A stretch of DNA of 64,000 nt from Candidatus Limihabitans stercoravium (lineage in GTDB: Bacteria; Bacillota; Clostridia; Christensenellales; CAG-314), in contig DVLO01000007.1 of assembly GCA_018715495.1 (NCBI GenBank), forward strand, positions 15,119 to 79,118, in the 5' to 3' direction. The notes beneath the pieces were generated by a model. It searched no databases. It was not told the origin of the DNA and saw nothing but the letters and a program-made list of their open reading frames with translations. Below are positions 33,414 to 43,068 of the stretch, piece by piece (position 1 is the first letter of the stretch; the number at the start of each line of letters is the position of its first letter). The translations under genes and the position numbers were made by a program.

Positions 33414-34481
33414 TTAAGGCTTGACGACCAATGCGGAAGCGTGGACGGCAATGCCCTTGCCTTCGCCCACAATGCCGAGCTTTTCCGTTGTGGTAGCGGA
33501 AATTCCCACGCAATCGGGGGAAATGTCCAGTAAGGACGAAAGGCGGTTTTTCATTGCTTCGATGTGTGGTGCAATCCTGGGTTGTTCCGCCATCACCACC
33601 GCCGAAACATTTACCACGTGATACCCTTCGGTGGAAATGATTGCCATTACTTCTTCAAGTAACTTGGTGCTGTCGATACCCTTAAATGCGCTGTCGGTGT
33701 CGGGGAAAAGGTGACCGATGTCGGGCAAACCGCAAGCGGACAACAGAGCATCCATTACGGCATGCACTACCACATCCGCATCGGAATGTCCTACCAAATG
33801 AAGATTGCAATCTATCCTGCAACCGCCAAGAACAATTCCGTCACCACTTGTCAATGGGTGAACGTCAAATCCCACCCCTGTGCGGTACTGCGGAACGTCA
33901 CCTTTATAGGTAATCTTGCGGTTACTCAACTGACCGTCTACCAACGACAAACTGCCCCACTTGTTGAAATACACTGTGGCGTCATCGGTAAACTGTCCGT
34001 TACATTCTTGATACGCCTGACACAACTTGCGTCTGTCGAACACCTGCGGTGTCTGAACTGTGCGGTAGTCGTCACGATTGACGGGTTCTACATCGTCCAC
34101 ACGGAACAATGTGTCCGTTACTTTAAGTGACGGAACTGCACTGCCTGTGTTTCTTGCCACTTCAAACAATTTCGCAACAAGTCCCTTACTGACAAAAGGA
34201 CGTGCGCCGTCATGAATCGCAACAAGGTCGCACTTGTCACTCAATGCCGAAAGCCCCTTCATTACCGATTGTGTGCGGGTTGCACCCCCTTCCACCACCT
34301 TGGCAAAAGGAAAGTCATCCTTCCACTTGCTGTCCGCAACAATGACAACTTCGTCCACCAGATTGTAAAAGGCATCCACTGTGTGCCGCAACACCTTTTT
34401 GTCCAGTAACATCTCACTCAACTTGTCCGAACCGTATCGCTGACCTGTACCGTAGGCTACAATTACTACACTTTTCATCAC
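33414..34481 (-). CDS. ispDF: Bifunctional IspD/IspF (MEP cytidylyltransferase / MEcPP synthase)
   Basis: 355 aa. N-terminal cytidylyltransferase half, and a C-terminal IspF half with GVGFDVH and GHSDADVVVHAVMDALL. Confidence 0.88.
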   Translation of the reverse strand: MMKSVVIVAYGTGQRYGSDKLSEMLLDKKVLRHTVDAFYNLVDEVVIVADSKWKDDFPFAKVVEGGATRTQSVMKGLSALSDKCDLVAIHDGARPFVSKGLVAKLFEVARNTGSAVPSLKVTDTLFRVDDVEPVNRDDYRTVQTPQVFDRRKLCQAYQECNGQFTDDATVYFNKWGSLSLVDGQLSNRKITYKGDVPQYRTGVGFDVHPLTSGDGIVLGGCRIDCNLHLVGHSDADVVVHAVMDALLSACGLPDIGHLFPDTDSAFKGIDSTKLLEEVMAIISTEGYHVVNVSAVVMAEQPRIAPHIEAMKNRLSSLLDISPDCVGISATTTEKLGIVGEGKGIAVHASALVVKP

Positions 34482-34726
34482 AACTCCGTAATTATCTCGT
34501 ACATTTCGGTAGCCTGCTGTTTTCTTACCGTTTCGGAAATTTCCTTGACTCTGAAAGACAGTTGTCCCGATGCAAAGTGAATTGTCACAACGTCACCTAT
34601 CTTCAGACGGCAGGACGGTTTGGCAGGCTTGCCGTTGACATCGACTTTACCGCTGTCACATGCTTCCTGCGCCACTGTACGACGTTTCAATATACGGGAT
34701 ACCTTCAAAAACTTGTCCAATCTCAT
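34478..34726 (-). CDS. rqcP: S4-domain ribosome quality control protein RqcP (YabO-like)
   Basis: 82 aa. MRLDKFLKVSRILKRRTVAQEA... closely parallels B. subtilis YabO (MRLDKFLKVSRLIKRRTLAKE). Confidence 0.75.
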   Translation of the reverse strand: MRLDKFLKVSRILKRRTVAQEACDSGKVDVNGKPAKPSCRLKIGDVVTIHFASGQLSFRVKEISETVRKQQATEMYEIITEL

Positions 34727-35317
34727 TTACATTTCCCTTCTGTTGGTAAAGGCTCTTGACAGTGTGATTTCATCGGCGTACTGCAATTCGCTACCGATAG
34801 AGATACCCTGTGCAAGTCTTGTCACCTTGATACCGTAATTCTTGACCATCCTTGCAATGTATGTTGCAGTGGCTTCGCCTTCGGCGCTTGTGTCCGTTGC
34901 AACGATGATTTCCGCAACGTCACCCGTCAGGCGTTGGAACAGCTCGGCAAAACGCAGGTCGTCACGATTGACTCCCTGCAAAGGATTCAGCACTCCGCCC
35001 AACACATGGTACACGCCCTTGTACTCACCCAGTCTTTCGATTGCCATTACGTCTTTTGCTTCCTGCACAACGCAGATTACCGAATGGTCTCTCGTCTGAC
35101 AAATCTTGCACGGGTCGGTATCGGTGAGATTTCCGCACACCGAACACACCTTTACCTTGGTCTTGGCTTCCACAAGAGCATTGGCAAATGCCCTGACTTC
35201 CTCTTCCGACATGTCCACCACCCTCAATGCGTAACGCTGGGCAGTCTTCTGTCCCACTCCCGGAAGTCTTGCAAATTGATTGATGAGCTTGGCAATTGGC
35301 TCAATGTAATTCAACAT
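34727..35317 (-). CDS. recR: Recombination protein RecR
   Basis: 196 aa. LPGVGQKTAQR HhH motif, a C4 zinc finger and a Toprim domain. Confidence 0.95.
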   Translation of the reverse strand: MLNYIEPIAKLINQFARLPGVGQKTAQRYALRVVDMSEEEVRAFANALVEAKTKVKVCSVCGNLTDTDPCKICQTRDHSVICVVQEAKDVMAIERLGEYKGVYHVLGGVLNPLQGVNRDDLRFAELFQRLTGDVAEIIVATDTSAEGEATATYIARMVKNYGIKVTRLAQGISIGSELQYADEITLSRAFTNRREM

Positions 35318-35676
35318 TAAAACATTCCTCTCATTGCGGCAAATGGTGCCATGAGTTTTTCTTCTTCCTGTTCCGCCTTAGTGTAAGCGTCGTTGATGGC
35401 TGCAAGCACAAGGTCTTCAAGCATTTCAACGTCGTCGGGATCAACAGCTTCGGGCTTGATGGATACCGACAAAATCTTCTTCTTGCCGTTGCATGTAACC
35501 GAAACCAATCCGCTTGCCTTACCTTCCACGGTGATTTCTTCCAGTTGTTGTTGCGCTTCGGTCAACTTCTGTTGCATTTGTTGAGCCTGTTTCATCAGGT
35601 TTTGCATTCCGCCGCCCATCTTCATTCCACCGCCGGCACTTGCTCCGCCGGGATTGTATCCGTACTTGTTACCCAT
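35317..35676 (-). CDS. ybaB: YbaB/EbfC family nucleoid-associated protein
   Basis: 119 aa. MQNLMKQAQQMQQKL...VTCNGKKKILSVSI. TAATG overlap with recR. Confidence 0.92.
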   Translation of the reverse strand: MGNKYGYNPGGASAGGGMKMGGGMQNLMKQAQQMQQKLTEAQQQLEEITVEGKASGLVSVTCNGKKKILSVSIKPEAVDPDDVEMLEDLVLAAINDAYTKAEQEEEKLMAPFAAMRGMF

Positions 35677-35762
35677 TGTTTAAAACTCCTTTTAATTATA
35701 TTGTTTATGTTGTAAATTGATGATTTTTTATTTATATTGTAAGTCATTTACAATTTCGAACT

Positions 35763-37235
35763 TTATTTTTCAAATCTTACGTCGTTGCCAAGGGATTTCA
35801 ACTGCTTGTCGATGTCCACTTCAGATGGCGTTTCCACTTCACGCAACACAAGATTCAGGTTGACAATGTTGGCAAGAATTTCACGAAGTTGCTTTTCGTA
35901 CTGCAACTTGATGAGATTGTACTGTCCCTTGTTGCACTTGACAACGAAGTTTTCACCGGCAATTTCCACTTCAACTTCGCTCCACACTGCGGAAAACAGC
36001 GGTTGATTGGTCTTTTCGATTGCAACCTTGACGGCTTTCCAAATAGATTGACGATTGGTTCTGTCCACCACAAGCATACTTTCGGAATTGAGTGCCTTGG
36101 GTTGTTGTTCCAGCCTTGTGATACGGCGGTCAAGTCCTTCGACATCCACTTCACCCGTGCTTGACGCAATACGCAAACACATTGCTTCAAGTAACATGAC
36201 GGGAGACAACGCAAATCTGAGATCGGCTTCAAGCCTTGCAAGACAATCCATTGCATACAACAGTTTAGCCGTTGTGACCTTTTCGGCAGGTTGTTTTAGC
36301 ATGTTGTACATGTCTTCGGGAAGACACAACAACTGCTGTGAATTGCTGCACGTCTTGACAACAAGAATATCGTGAAAATATCCCGACAGGTCTTTCAGCA
36401 ACCTGCCGACATCCTTTCCCTGTTGAGTCAAGGTGTAAATGCTGTTCAAAATCTGTCCCGCATCGTTACCGATGATTGCGTCGGCAAGCTGTGCGATACT
36501 TCTTCTTGACGATACGCCAAGGATGTTCATTACGTCGTCATAGGTCAGTTTACCCTTCGACGGACGGCATCTGTCGGCAATGGACAAACTGTCACGGACG
36601 CTTCCTTCCGCTGCCATTGCAATGGCGTTGACTGCTTCCTTGTCGTACAGAATACCTTCTTTCTTGTAAATTTCTTCAATGTGTTTAGAGAGCAACTCAA
36701 CCGACACCAGTCGGAAGTCGAAACGCATGCATCTGCTCAGAATGGTTGCAGGAATCTTGTGCACTTCCGTTGTACAAAGAATAAACACTGCGTGTTCGGG
36801 CGGTTCTTCGATTGTTTTCAAAAGTGCGTTGAATGCGCCCTGGCTCAACATGTGAACTTCGTCGATGATGTAAACCTTGTATCTTCCCGTTACGGGCGGA
36901 AACTGTACCTTTTCACGGATATCTCTTGCGTAATCCACACCGTTGTTGGATGCGGCGTCCATTTCGATGATGTCGATGCTGTTGCCCGACAGTTCACGGC
37001 ACACATGACACTTCAGACAAGGATTGCCGTCCTTGGTGTCAACGCAATTGATGGCACGTGCGAAAATTTTAGCAGTACTTGTTTTACCCGTACCACGTGT
37101 CCCCGTAAACAGATAGGCATGCGAAACCTTGTTGTTGACAATCTGGTTTTTCAGCGTTGCAACAATGTGGTCTTGTCCTATTACTCCGTCAAATGTTTCG
37201 GGACGGTACTTGCGATACAATGCAGTGTAGTTCAT
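35763..37235 (-). CDS. dnaX: DNA polymerase III subunit gamma/tau (short form, 490 aa)
   Basis: YRKYRPETFDGVIGQDH, GTRGTGKTS Walker A, zinc module CLKCHVC, DEVHML. Confidence 0.95.
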   Translation of the reverse strand: MNYTALYRKYRPETFDGVIGQDHIVATLKNQIVNNKVSHAYLFTGTRGTGKTSTAKIFARAINCVDTKDGNPCLKCHVCRELSGNSIDIIEMDAASNNGVDYARDIREKVQFPPVTGRYKVYIIDEVHMLSQGAFNALLKTIEEPPEHAVFILCTTEVHKIPATILSRCMRFDFRLVSVELLSKHIEEIYKKEGILYDKEAVNAIAMAAEGSVRDSLSIADRCRPSKGKLTYDDVMNILGVSSRRSIAQLADAIIGNDAGQILNSIYTLTQQGKDVGRLLKDLSGYFHDILVVKTCSNSQQLLCLPEDMYNMLKQPAEKVTTAKLLYAMDCLARLEADLRFALSPVMLLEAMCLRIASSTGEVDVEGLDRRITRLEQQPKALNSESMLVVDRTNRQSIWKAVKVAIEKTNQPLFSAVWSEVEVEIAGENFVVKCNKGQYNLIKLQYEKQLREILANIVNLNLVLREVETPSEVDIDKQLKSLGNDVRFEK

Positions 37236-37238
37236 CTG

Positions 37239-37781
37239 TTACTCCTTCTGGGCAAGCAATTTTTTGCGGGCACGTTGTAATGCTCCGTCCACTGCCTTGA
37301 AACTCTTGCCCGTTGCAGCGGTTATATCTTCGTAGGTGTATCCGTCGGCAAAAAGTCGCAACACCTGTCTTTCCGTCTTGGTAAGTTCAAGGTCGATTAC
37401 CTGTTGGATTTTTTCGGCGTACTCCTTTTTTAACAGTACGTCCAGCGGATTGTCCAGTCCGTCCGCCGTATCGTTCAATGCCGACAATTCGACGGAACTT
37501 GCTAAAGCCTTGTTCTTGTCGTTGTTGCTGTTGCGTACCGCATTGACAATCTGACGGTACACACACAGTTTGACAAAAGACGGAAAACTTCCCTTGTTGC
37601 CGTCGTAGTTGTTGACTGCATTGAACAGTCCAAGCATACCTTCCTGCAACAAATCGTCCTTGTCGCCACCCACAAGATAGAAATTGTTGGCAACGGATCG
37701 GATGAGTCCCTTGTACTGACTGACGATTTCCGCCATTGCGTCGCCGTCGCCTTGTCTTGCACGTAAAATGAGATCTTTCAT
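37239..37781 (-). CDS. sigH: Sporulation/transition-state sigma factor SigH
   Basis: Trimmed to MKDLILRARQGD (ATGA overlap with rlmB). LQEGMLGLFNAVNNY...F.SFVKLCVYRQI parallels B. subtilis SigH. Conserved mrnC-rlmB-sigH context. Confidence 0.85.
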   Translation of the reverse strand: MKDLILRARQGDGDAMAEIVSQYKGLIRSVANNFYLVGGDKDDLLQEGMLGLFNAVNNYDGNKGSFPSFVKLCVYRQIVNAVRNSNNDKNKALASSVELSALNDTADGLDNPLDVLLKKEYAEKIQQVIDLELTKTERQVLRLFADGYTYEDITAATGKSFKAVDGALQRARKKLLAQKE

Positions 37782-38482
37782 TGTCTTTGCCTTACTGCTT
37801 CGTAAACAACGATACCGCATGCAACGGATGCGTTCAAAGAATTGACCTTGCCTTTTAAAGCAATGGATATAACTCCGTCGCACAACGAACGTGTCAACTT
37901 GCCTACTCCCTTACCTTCTCCGCCAATCACCAGTGCGATGTTGCCTGTAAGGTCCGCCTGATACATGCTCTGTCCGTCCATGTCGGCACAGTACACCCAC
38001 ACACCGCTGTCACGCAACTGTTTGATGGCGTTGTTTATGTTGGTTACCCTTGCAATCCTGACGTGCGAAACAGCACCCGCCGAACAGCGTTCCACCGTTT
38101 CGTTGACGGCAACCTGACGGTTCTTGCCAATGATGATACCGTCCACGCCTGCGCACTCCGACACCCTGATGATACTGCCAAGGTTGTGGGGATCGGTGAT
38201 TTCTTCCAATACCACAAGCAATACGGGGTGATCGTTGTTTTGAGGCAACAGTTCTTCAAGTTCGCAGTAGGAAAACTCCGACGTAAAAGCAATGCAACCC
38301 TGATGACGTCCGTTGTCGCTTTCCTTGTCAAGAACAGCCTTGTCCACAAACTGCACCTTGACGCCCCTGTTGCGTGCAAGCGAAACAAGATCGCTCTTGT
38401 CCCCCTTTTCAACAAGAAGTTTGTCAATGGTCCTGTCCGAACGAAGACATTCCGTTACTGCATTTCTACCAAATACTTTCAT
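37778..38482 (-). CDS. rlmB: 23S rRNA (guanosine-2'-O)-methyltransferase RlmB (TrmH/SpoU family, YacO-like)
   Basis: 234 aa. SpoU motifs DPHNLGSIIR, LVIGGEGKG and SLNASVA. Confidence 0.88.
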   Translation of the reverse strand: MKVFGRNAVTECLRSDRTIDKLLVEKGDKSDLVSLARNRGVKVQFVDKAVLDKESDNGRHQGCIAFTSEFSYCELEELLPQNNDHPVLLVVLEEITDPHNLGSIIRVSECAGVDGIIIGKNRQVAVNETVERCSAGAVSHVRIARVTNINNAIKQLRDSGVWVYCADMDGQSMYQADLTGNIALVIGGEGKGVGKLTRSLCDGVISIALKGKVNSLNASVACGIVVYEAVRQRQ

Positions 38483-38868
38483 TGTAATTCTCCAAGTAAC
38501 TGTATGATACGGTCGCTTTCGCCGATGAGATACAAGTAGCCGATGACGGCTTCCATTCCCGTTGCCATTCGGTAATCGGCAAGAGTCTGGTTCTTGGCAA
38601 CGTGATGGTTTTTGGCATTACGTCCACGCATGAAAACGTCATGTTCTTCCTCCGTCAGTAACGGCAACAGACGTTCAGCCATTTCCGACTGACTGTGAGC
38701 GTTGACCTGACTGCTTGCCAGTTGGTGCATACGTCCCGCCTTGAAATCGTGCTGATGAACAAGTTGTTCACGTACAATAAGGCTGTGTACGGCATCCCCA
38801 ACATAGGCAAGCACCAACGGACTGACGTTGACTGCTTCAAGTTTTGTCATAGAACCAAAAAAATTCAT
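38479..38868 (-). CDS. mrnC: Mini-ribonuclease 3
   Basis: Trimmed to MNFFGSM with AAAGGATGG upstream. LAYVGDAVHSLIVRE RNase III signature. Confidence 0.85.
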   Translation of the reverse strand: MNFFGSMTKLEAVNVSPLVLAYVGDAVHSLIVREQLVHQHDFKAGRMHQLASSQVNAHSQSEMAERLLPLLTEEEHDVFMRGRNAKNHHVAKNQTLADYRMATGMEAVIGYLYLIGESDRIIQLLGELQ

Positions 38869-38915
38869 TAAACCATCCTTTCGCAACACACAGTGTAAAG
38901 CAAATTGTTTATATG

Positions 38916-39503
38916 TTATTGTACCACATTTTGAGATGTTTTTGCAAGTAAGTTAGACAATGTTGCACTAAACAGTGTGCAACCGAAATGACGTGATTGT
39001 TCAATAAACCCGTACTTGCGGTAGAAATTGCACCCCTTGACATTGTCGCTTGCGCACAACAGTACAACGCTGTGTAATCCCTTGCCTATAAGATGACTTG
39101 CAAGGGCATGCAACAACTGTCTGCCCACACCAATTCGCTGACAATTTTCGGTGATGTCGATGTGCATGTGAGCAACACCCTTTTGCTGAATTTTGCCAAA
39201 CAGTTTCAATACGTACAATTGACTGACGTACTGCTTGTAATTGAGTTTCTTTGCCAGTGGAAGGTACAGTTTCTTCATGCTGTCACGGAAGTGCTGAAAG
39301 TCGTCCGCCGCAAGAATGTACCCCACAACCTGACCGTCTTGTGTGGCAACGAATGTGTTGTCCGTCATGTCGGTGTAGTAGTCGCTGTACAATGCAGTGA
39401 GCATTGCACGTCCGATTGGCGTGTCTTCTTTTAAAAAGGACGTTTCCACGCAGATGTCCTGCACCGCCGTTCTGTCATGTCTTGTGTAAGGTCTGATTTT
39501 CAT
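38916..39503 (-). CDS. GNAT family N-acetyltransferase
   Basis: Trimmed to MKIRPYTRHD. Acetyl-CoA motif A QRIGVGRQLLHAL. Confidence 0.8.
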   Translation of the reverse strand: MKIRPYTRHDRTAVQDICVETSFLKEDTPIGRAMLTALYSDYYTDMTDNTFVATQDGQVVGYILAADDFQHFRDSMKKLYLPLAKKLNYKQYVSQLYVLKLFGKIQQKGVAHMHIDITENCQRIGVGRQLLHALASHLIGKGLHSVVLLCASDNVKGCNFYRKYGFIEQSRHFGCTLFSATLSNLLAKTSQNVVQ

Positions 39504-39614
39504 TTCAGCTACCCCCTTTACAGCAAAATGATACAACTAAATGCACTTTTAGTCAATATCGGTATTGAAACGGACAAAAAAATATGATATACTTATCGTA
39601 AGGAGGACGTTCCA

Positions 39615-40649
39615 ATGAATCAACAGAAACTTTCCGCAGGACGATTACTCAACAGCAATGGAATTCTTGATCAAGCAGGATACTCCACCACCATGGTAAG
39701 GCAGTACGACCGCCGTGACATCAAGGGGCAGGTGTTCAAGATAAAGGAATGGGATTACTACTACATTTCCGACGGATACCGTGCCGTAGCACTTACCATT
39801 GCCGACAACTCCTACATGTCGATGGTTTCGGCAAGTTACCTTGATTTTTCCAAGCCGTGGTTCAAGACTACCAGCAAGATGGATTTTCTGACGTTTGGAA
39901 AACTCAATCTGCCTTCGACGTTGGAAAAGGGGGACGTAAATTACCGTTCCAAACGTGTGGACATGTCCTTTAAAAACGACGGCACCACACGACATCTCAC
40001 TTGTCGATTCGACAAATTCATTGACGACAAGACATTGACGGTTGACATTGAAATCACCGACCAACCGGCGGAATACATGGTAATTGCAACCCCCTTTAAA
40101 GAGAACAAACGAGCATTCTACTACAACAGCAAGATAAACTGCATGCGTGCCGAAGGATACGTGCAATTGGGAAACGACGAATACCCATTCAACAAGGACA
40201 CCGCACTTGCCACTCTTGATTGGGGACGTGGAATCTGGACATACAAGAACACATGGTATTGGAGCAGTCTGCAAGGCTACAACGATGAGGGAAAACGAAT
40301 AGGGTTTAACCTTGGTTACGGATTCGGCGATACTTCAAACGCTACCGAAAACATGCTGTTTTACGACGGTAAGGCATTGAAACTGGATGACGTCACCTTC
40401 AACATTCCCAAAGACGACAAGGGAAACGACGACTTCATGTCACCGTGGACATTGACTTCTAAAAGCCATGACATATACTTGCAATTTACCCCAATCATTG
40501 ACAGAGCGGACATTACCGACCTTGGTGTACTTGCCAGCAAGCAACATCAGGTGTTCGGACGGTTTAACGGCACAATCACCGCAGAGGGCGTGACGGTACG
40601 CTTCGAAAACAAAATGGGATTTGCCGAAAAAGTGTTTAATAAATGGTGA
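39615..40649 (+). CDS. DUF2804-like uncharacterised protein
   Basis: 344-aa ORF with RBS AAGGAGG and a clean terminator. The family assignment is from memory of the EWDYYYI-type N-terminal region only. Confidence 0.6.
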   Translation: MNQQKLSAGRLLNSNGILDQAGYSTTMVRQYDRRDIKGQVFKIKEWDYYYISDGYRAVALTIADNSYMSMVSASYLDFSKPWFKTTSKMDFLTFGKLNLPSTLEKGDVNYRSKRVDMSFKNDGTTRHLTCRFDKFIDDKTLTVDIEITDQPAEYMVIATPFKENKRAFYYNSKINCMRAEGYVQLGNDEYPFNKDTALATLDWGRGIWTYKNTWYWSSLQGYNDEGKRIGFNLGYGFGDTSNATENMLFYDGKALKLDDVTFNIPKDDKGNDDFMSPWTLTSKSHDIYLQFTPIIDRADITDLGVLASKQHQVFGRFNGTITAEGVTVRFENKMGFAEKVFNKW

Positions 40650-40683
40650 CATCAACGCTACTACCTACCTGTCACCATATTCA

Positions 40684-40721
40684 AAGGGCAGTTGTTTGCG
40701 CATCAACTGCCCTTGCCTTTT
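40684..40721 (+). terminator. Intrinsic terminator after the DUF2804 gene
   Basis: aagggcagttg-loop-caactgccctt followed by a T-rich run. Confidence 0.7.
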
Positions 40722-40798
40722 GTCTAAAACATATAGCCGCAATTGCAGACAAACTTACATTTACAGCAATTGCAACAACTGAAACAACATACTGAAAC

Positions 40799-40829
40799 AA
40801 AAAAAATGCACTCAGACCGCTGAGTGCAT
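40799..40829 (-). terminator. Intrinsic terminator after galT
   Basis: Minus sense atgcactcag-cggt-ctgagtgcat followed by a T-run. Confidence 0.8.
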
Positions 40830-40840
40830 TTTCATATTGT

Positions 40841-42331
40841 TTACTTCAATGCCTTGTTTAAGAAATCCACAAAAGCTTGTTGACCTTGTTCGTCCTGTTT
40901 GAACACTGCCGTGTTGTACAGAATGTTCTTGCAAACGTCGTCTACATACTGACGTACAAACTTTTTAGCGTCGTCGGCGCTATTTGCATTGCCGTGTTCA
41001 GAAAGCAACTTGTCAATCATGTCGCCGTGAATCTTCATGTCGTCGGCAAGATTATCTCTGTTGTACTGCTGTCCGCAAAGGAATCCTTCCACCACCTTCA
41101 ACTGTCTGTCAAGACGTGCAGGCAATACAAACAATCCCATTGCTTCAATAAGACCGATACCTTCGCTCTTGATGTTGTGGTATTCCTTGTGAGCGTGGAA
41201 GATACCGTCGGGATACTGTTCCGACATACGGTTGTTGCGCAGAATGATGTCCAACACATACTTGTCGCCCTGCTTACGTGCAATGGGTGCGTAGATGTTG
41301 TGTCTTTCGCCGTCGGTGTGAGAAATTATGTCAAGTTTGGCATTGTCGTAGTTTTCCCATGCAAGGCTCAACTTCCATGCAAGTTTTTCTATCGCCTTGC
41401 GGTCGGTGGACTGCATACGCAATGCGCTGTTGTACCAGTTCAATATACCCACTTCAACGCCGTCAACTGTGCCAAGACTTGTCTTGACGGAAACCTTCTG
41501 CATGGGCAGAACTTCCTTACCGCCTTGGTAATGGTCGTGATTCAAGATAGATCCGCCTACTCTGGGCAATGCGGCATTACTTCCAAGGAAGTAGAACGGG
41601 AACTGTTCGACAAAGTCAAAAAGTCTTGCAACCGTGCGATCGGTCAACTTCATTGGTGTGTGTTCGTAGTTTACCGCAATACCGTGTTGGTAGAAATACG
41701 CATAGGGTGAGAACTGCCAGAACCACTTCTGTCCGTCCAATGTGATGTCTACCCAACGCAATGTCTGACGGATTGTGTTACCCGAACAGTAACCGATGTT
41801 TTCGGCACACAATTGGCATGCGGGATAGCCTGTTTTAGCAAGAGTCAGCAACTTGGCAATTTGCTTGTTGTCCTTTTCCGGTTTGGAAAGGTTGATTGTG
41901 ATTACAAGACCGTCCTTACTTTCCCACTTGATGTTACGTGCGATTGCGCTTGCCTTGACGTAGTCGTTGGCAATTCCGTAGGCGTGAAGATCTTCCATTG
42001 CCTTTTCGTATCCCGAACGCTTGCCTGTCTGGTGGAAACGCTTGTTGATTTCCGACGGACGAAGACTGATGAGTGACAAGATGTCCCCTGCAAACTTTTC
42101 GCTGTCGCCGTTGTCACAGCCGTTCTTAGCGGCGTATTCCAACAACGGTTTCATTACGTTGTCGGGACATGTGTCGGAAATACGGGTTTTCTTCAATCTT
42201 GCGGTTGTTCCCTGTGCGCCAATCATGGACAGTACTCTGTTGTAGTAGTACAGACTGTCTTTCTTGTCCAATCCAAGGTTCTTCTGTGCGTAAACAATCA
42301 AGTCGTATACTTGTTGCTGAATGCTTGCCAT
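40841..42331 (-). CDS. galT: UDP-glucose--hexose-1-phosphate uridylyltransferase (GalT family 2, about 500 aa Firmicute type)
   Basis: 496 aa. The length and conserved blocks (SILNHDHYQGG, FVLPARL) fit type 2 GalT. Confidence 0.85.
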   Translation of the reverse strand: MASIQQQVYDLIVYAQKNLGLDKKDSLYYYNRVLSMIGAQGTTARLKKTRISDTCPDNVMKPLLEYAAKNGCDNGDSEKFAGDILSLISLRPSEINKRFHQTGKRSGYEKAMEDLHAYGIANDYVKASAIARNIKWESKDGLVITINLSKPEKDNKQIAKLLTLAKTGYPACQLCAENIGYCSGNTIRQTLRWVDITLDGQKWFWQFSPYAYFYQHGIAVNYEHTPMKLTDRTVARLFDFVEQFPFYFLGSNAALPRVGGSILNHDHYQGGKEVLPMQKVSVKTSLGTVDGVEVGILNWYNSALRMQSTDRKAIEKLAWKLSLAWENYDNAKLDIISHTDGERHNIYAPIARKQGDKYVLDIILRNNRMSEQYPDGIFHAHKEYHNIKSEGIGLIEAMGLFVLPARLDRQLKVVEGFLCGQQYNRDNLADDMKIHGDMIDKLLSEHGNANSADDAKKFVRQYVDDVCKNILYNTAVFKQDEQGQQAFVDFLNKALK

Positions 42332-42367
42332 ACTTTTCCTCCGTGTATGTAATAGTAATTGTGTTGA

Positions 42368-42982
42368 CTAGTCTTCACTGCGAAATCTGTTGACAACAGC
42401 ATTTACCGTGTCGAAATCGTACCCACGTGACAACAGATGTCGTTGAAGTTTTACAAGATTAGATGTGTCGGGCGTCTTGTTTCTCATGTACTTGTCGGCA
42501 ACGGCATTGGCATTTGCAACAGCGACTTCACTGTCCTGTGCGGCGAATCTTTCCGCAGTTTCCTGCCCTACTCCCTTGCGCTGCAGTTCCATTGCAATCC
42601 TGCGCTGCCCCCTTGCATTGCCGAATTGCTCTGCGTAAGTCCTTGCGTATCTCTCATCGTCAAGATAGCCGTAGTCCTTGAGTTTGTCGGTGACGTACTG
42701 AACAACCTGACTGTCGTACCCCTTCTTTGTCAGATACTTGTTCATTTCGTCTACTGTGTGCATTGCACGTGACAGATACTCCGACGCCTTCGAAAAAGCC
42801 CGTTCGCACTCACTGTCCGTGATAGCTTCGGTAAGTTGTTCCATGGAAACTTCCATGCCCATCTTCAATCCGTGACGTACAACCGAAATTGCTTCCGCAC
42901 CACGCCAGAACTCACCGTCAATGTAAATGTTGACTCTGTTCTTGTTGTTCTTCTGCACTTCCAGGTTGGTGATTGTGGGCAT
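42368..42982 (-). CDS. recX: RecX family recombination regulator
   Basis: 204 aa. Repeated 3-helix modules with YL..KGY....V..V...L...GYLDD.RYA. Confidence 0.85.
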   Translation of the reverse strand: MPTITNLEVQKNNKNRVNIYIDGEFWRGAEAISVVRHGLKMGMEVSMEQLTEAITDSECERAFSKASEYLSRAMHTVDEMNKYLTKKGYDSQVVQYVTDKLKDYGYLDDERYARTYAEQFGNARGQRRIAMELQRKGVGQETAERFAAQDSEVAVANANAVADKYMRNKTPDTSNLVKLQRHLLSRGYDFDTVNAVVNRFRSED

Positions 42983-43068
42983 TGTACATTCCTTCTAAGT
43001 AAACTTACTTCTAAACACAGACAGGTGTGTTTCAACCACAACAATTATATCACAACGGAAAAATATTT

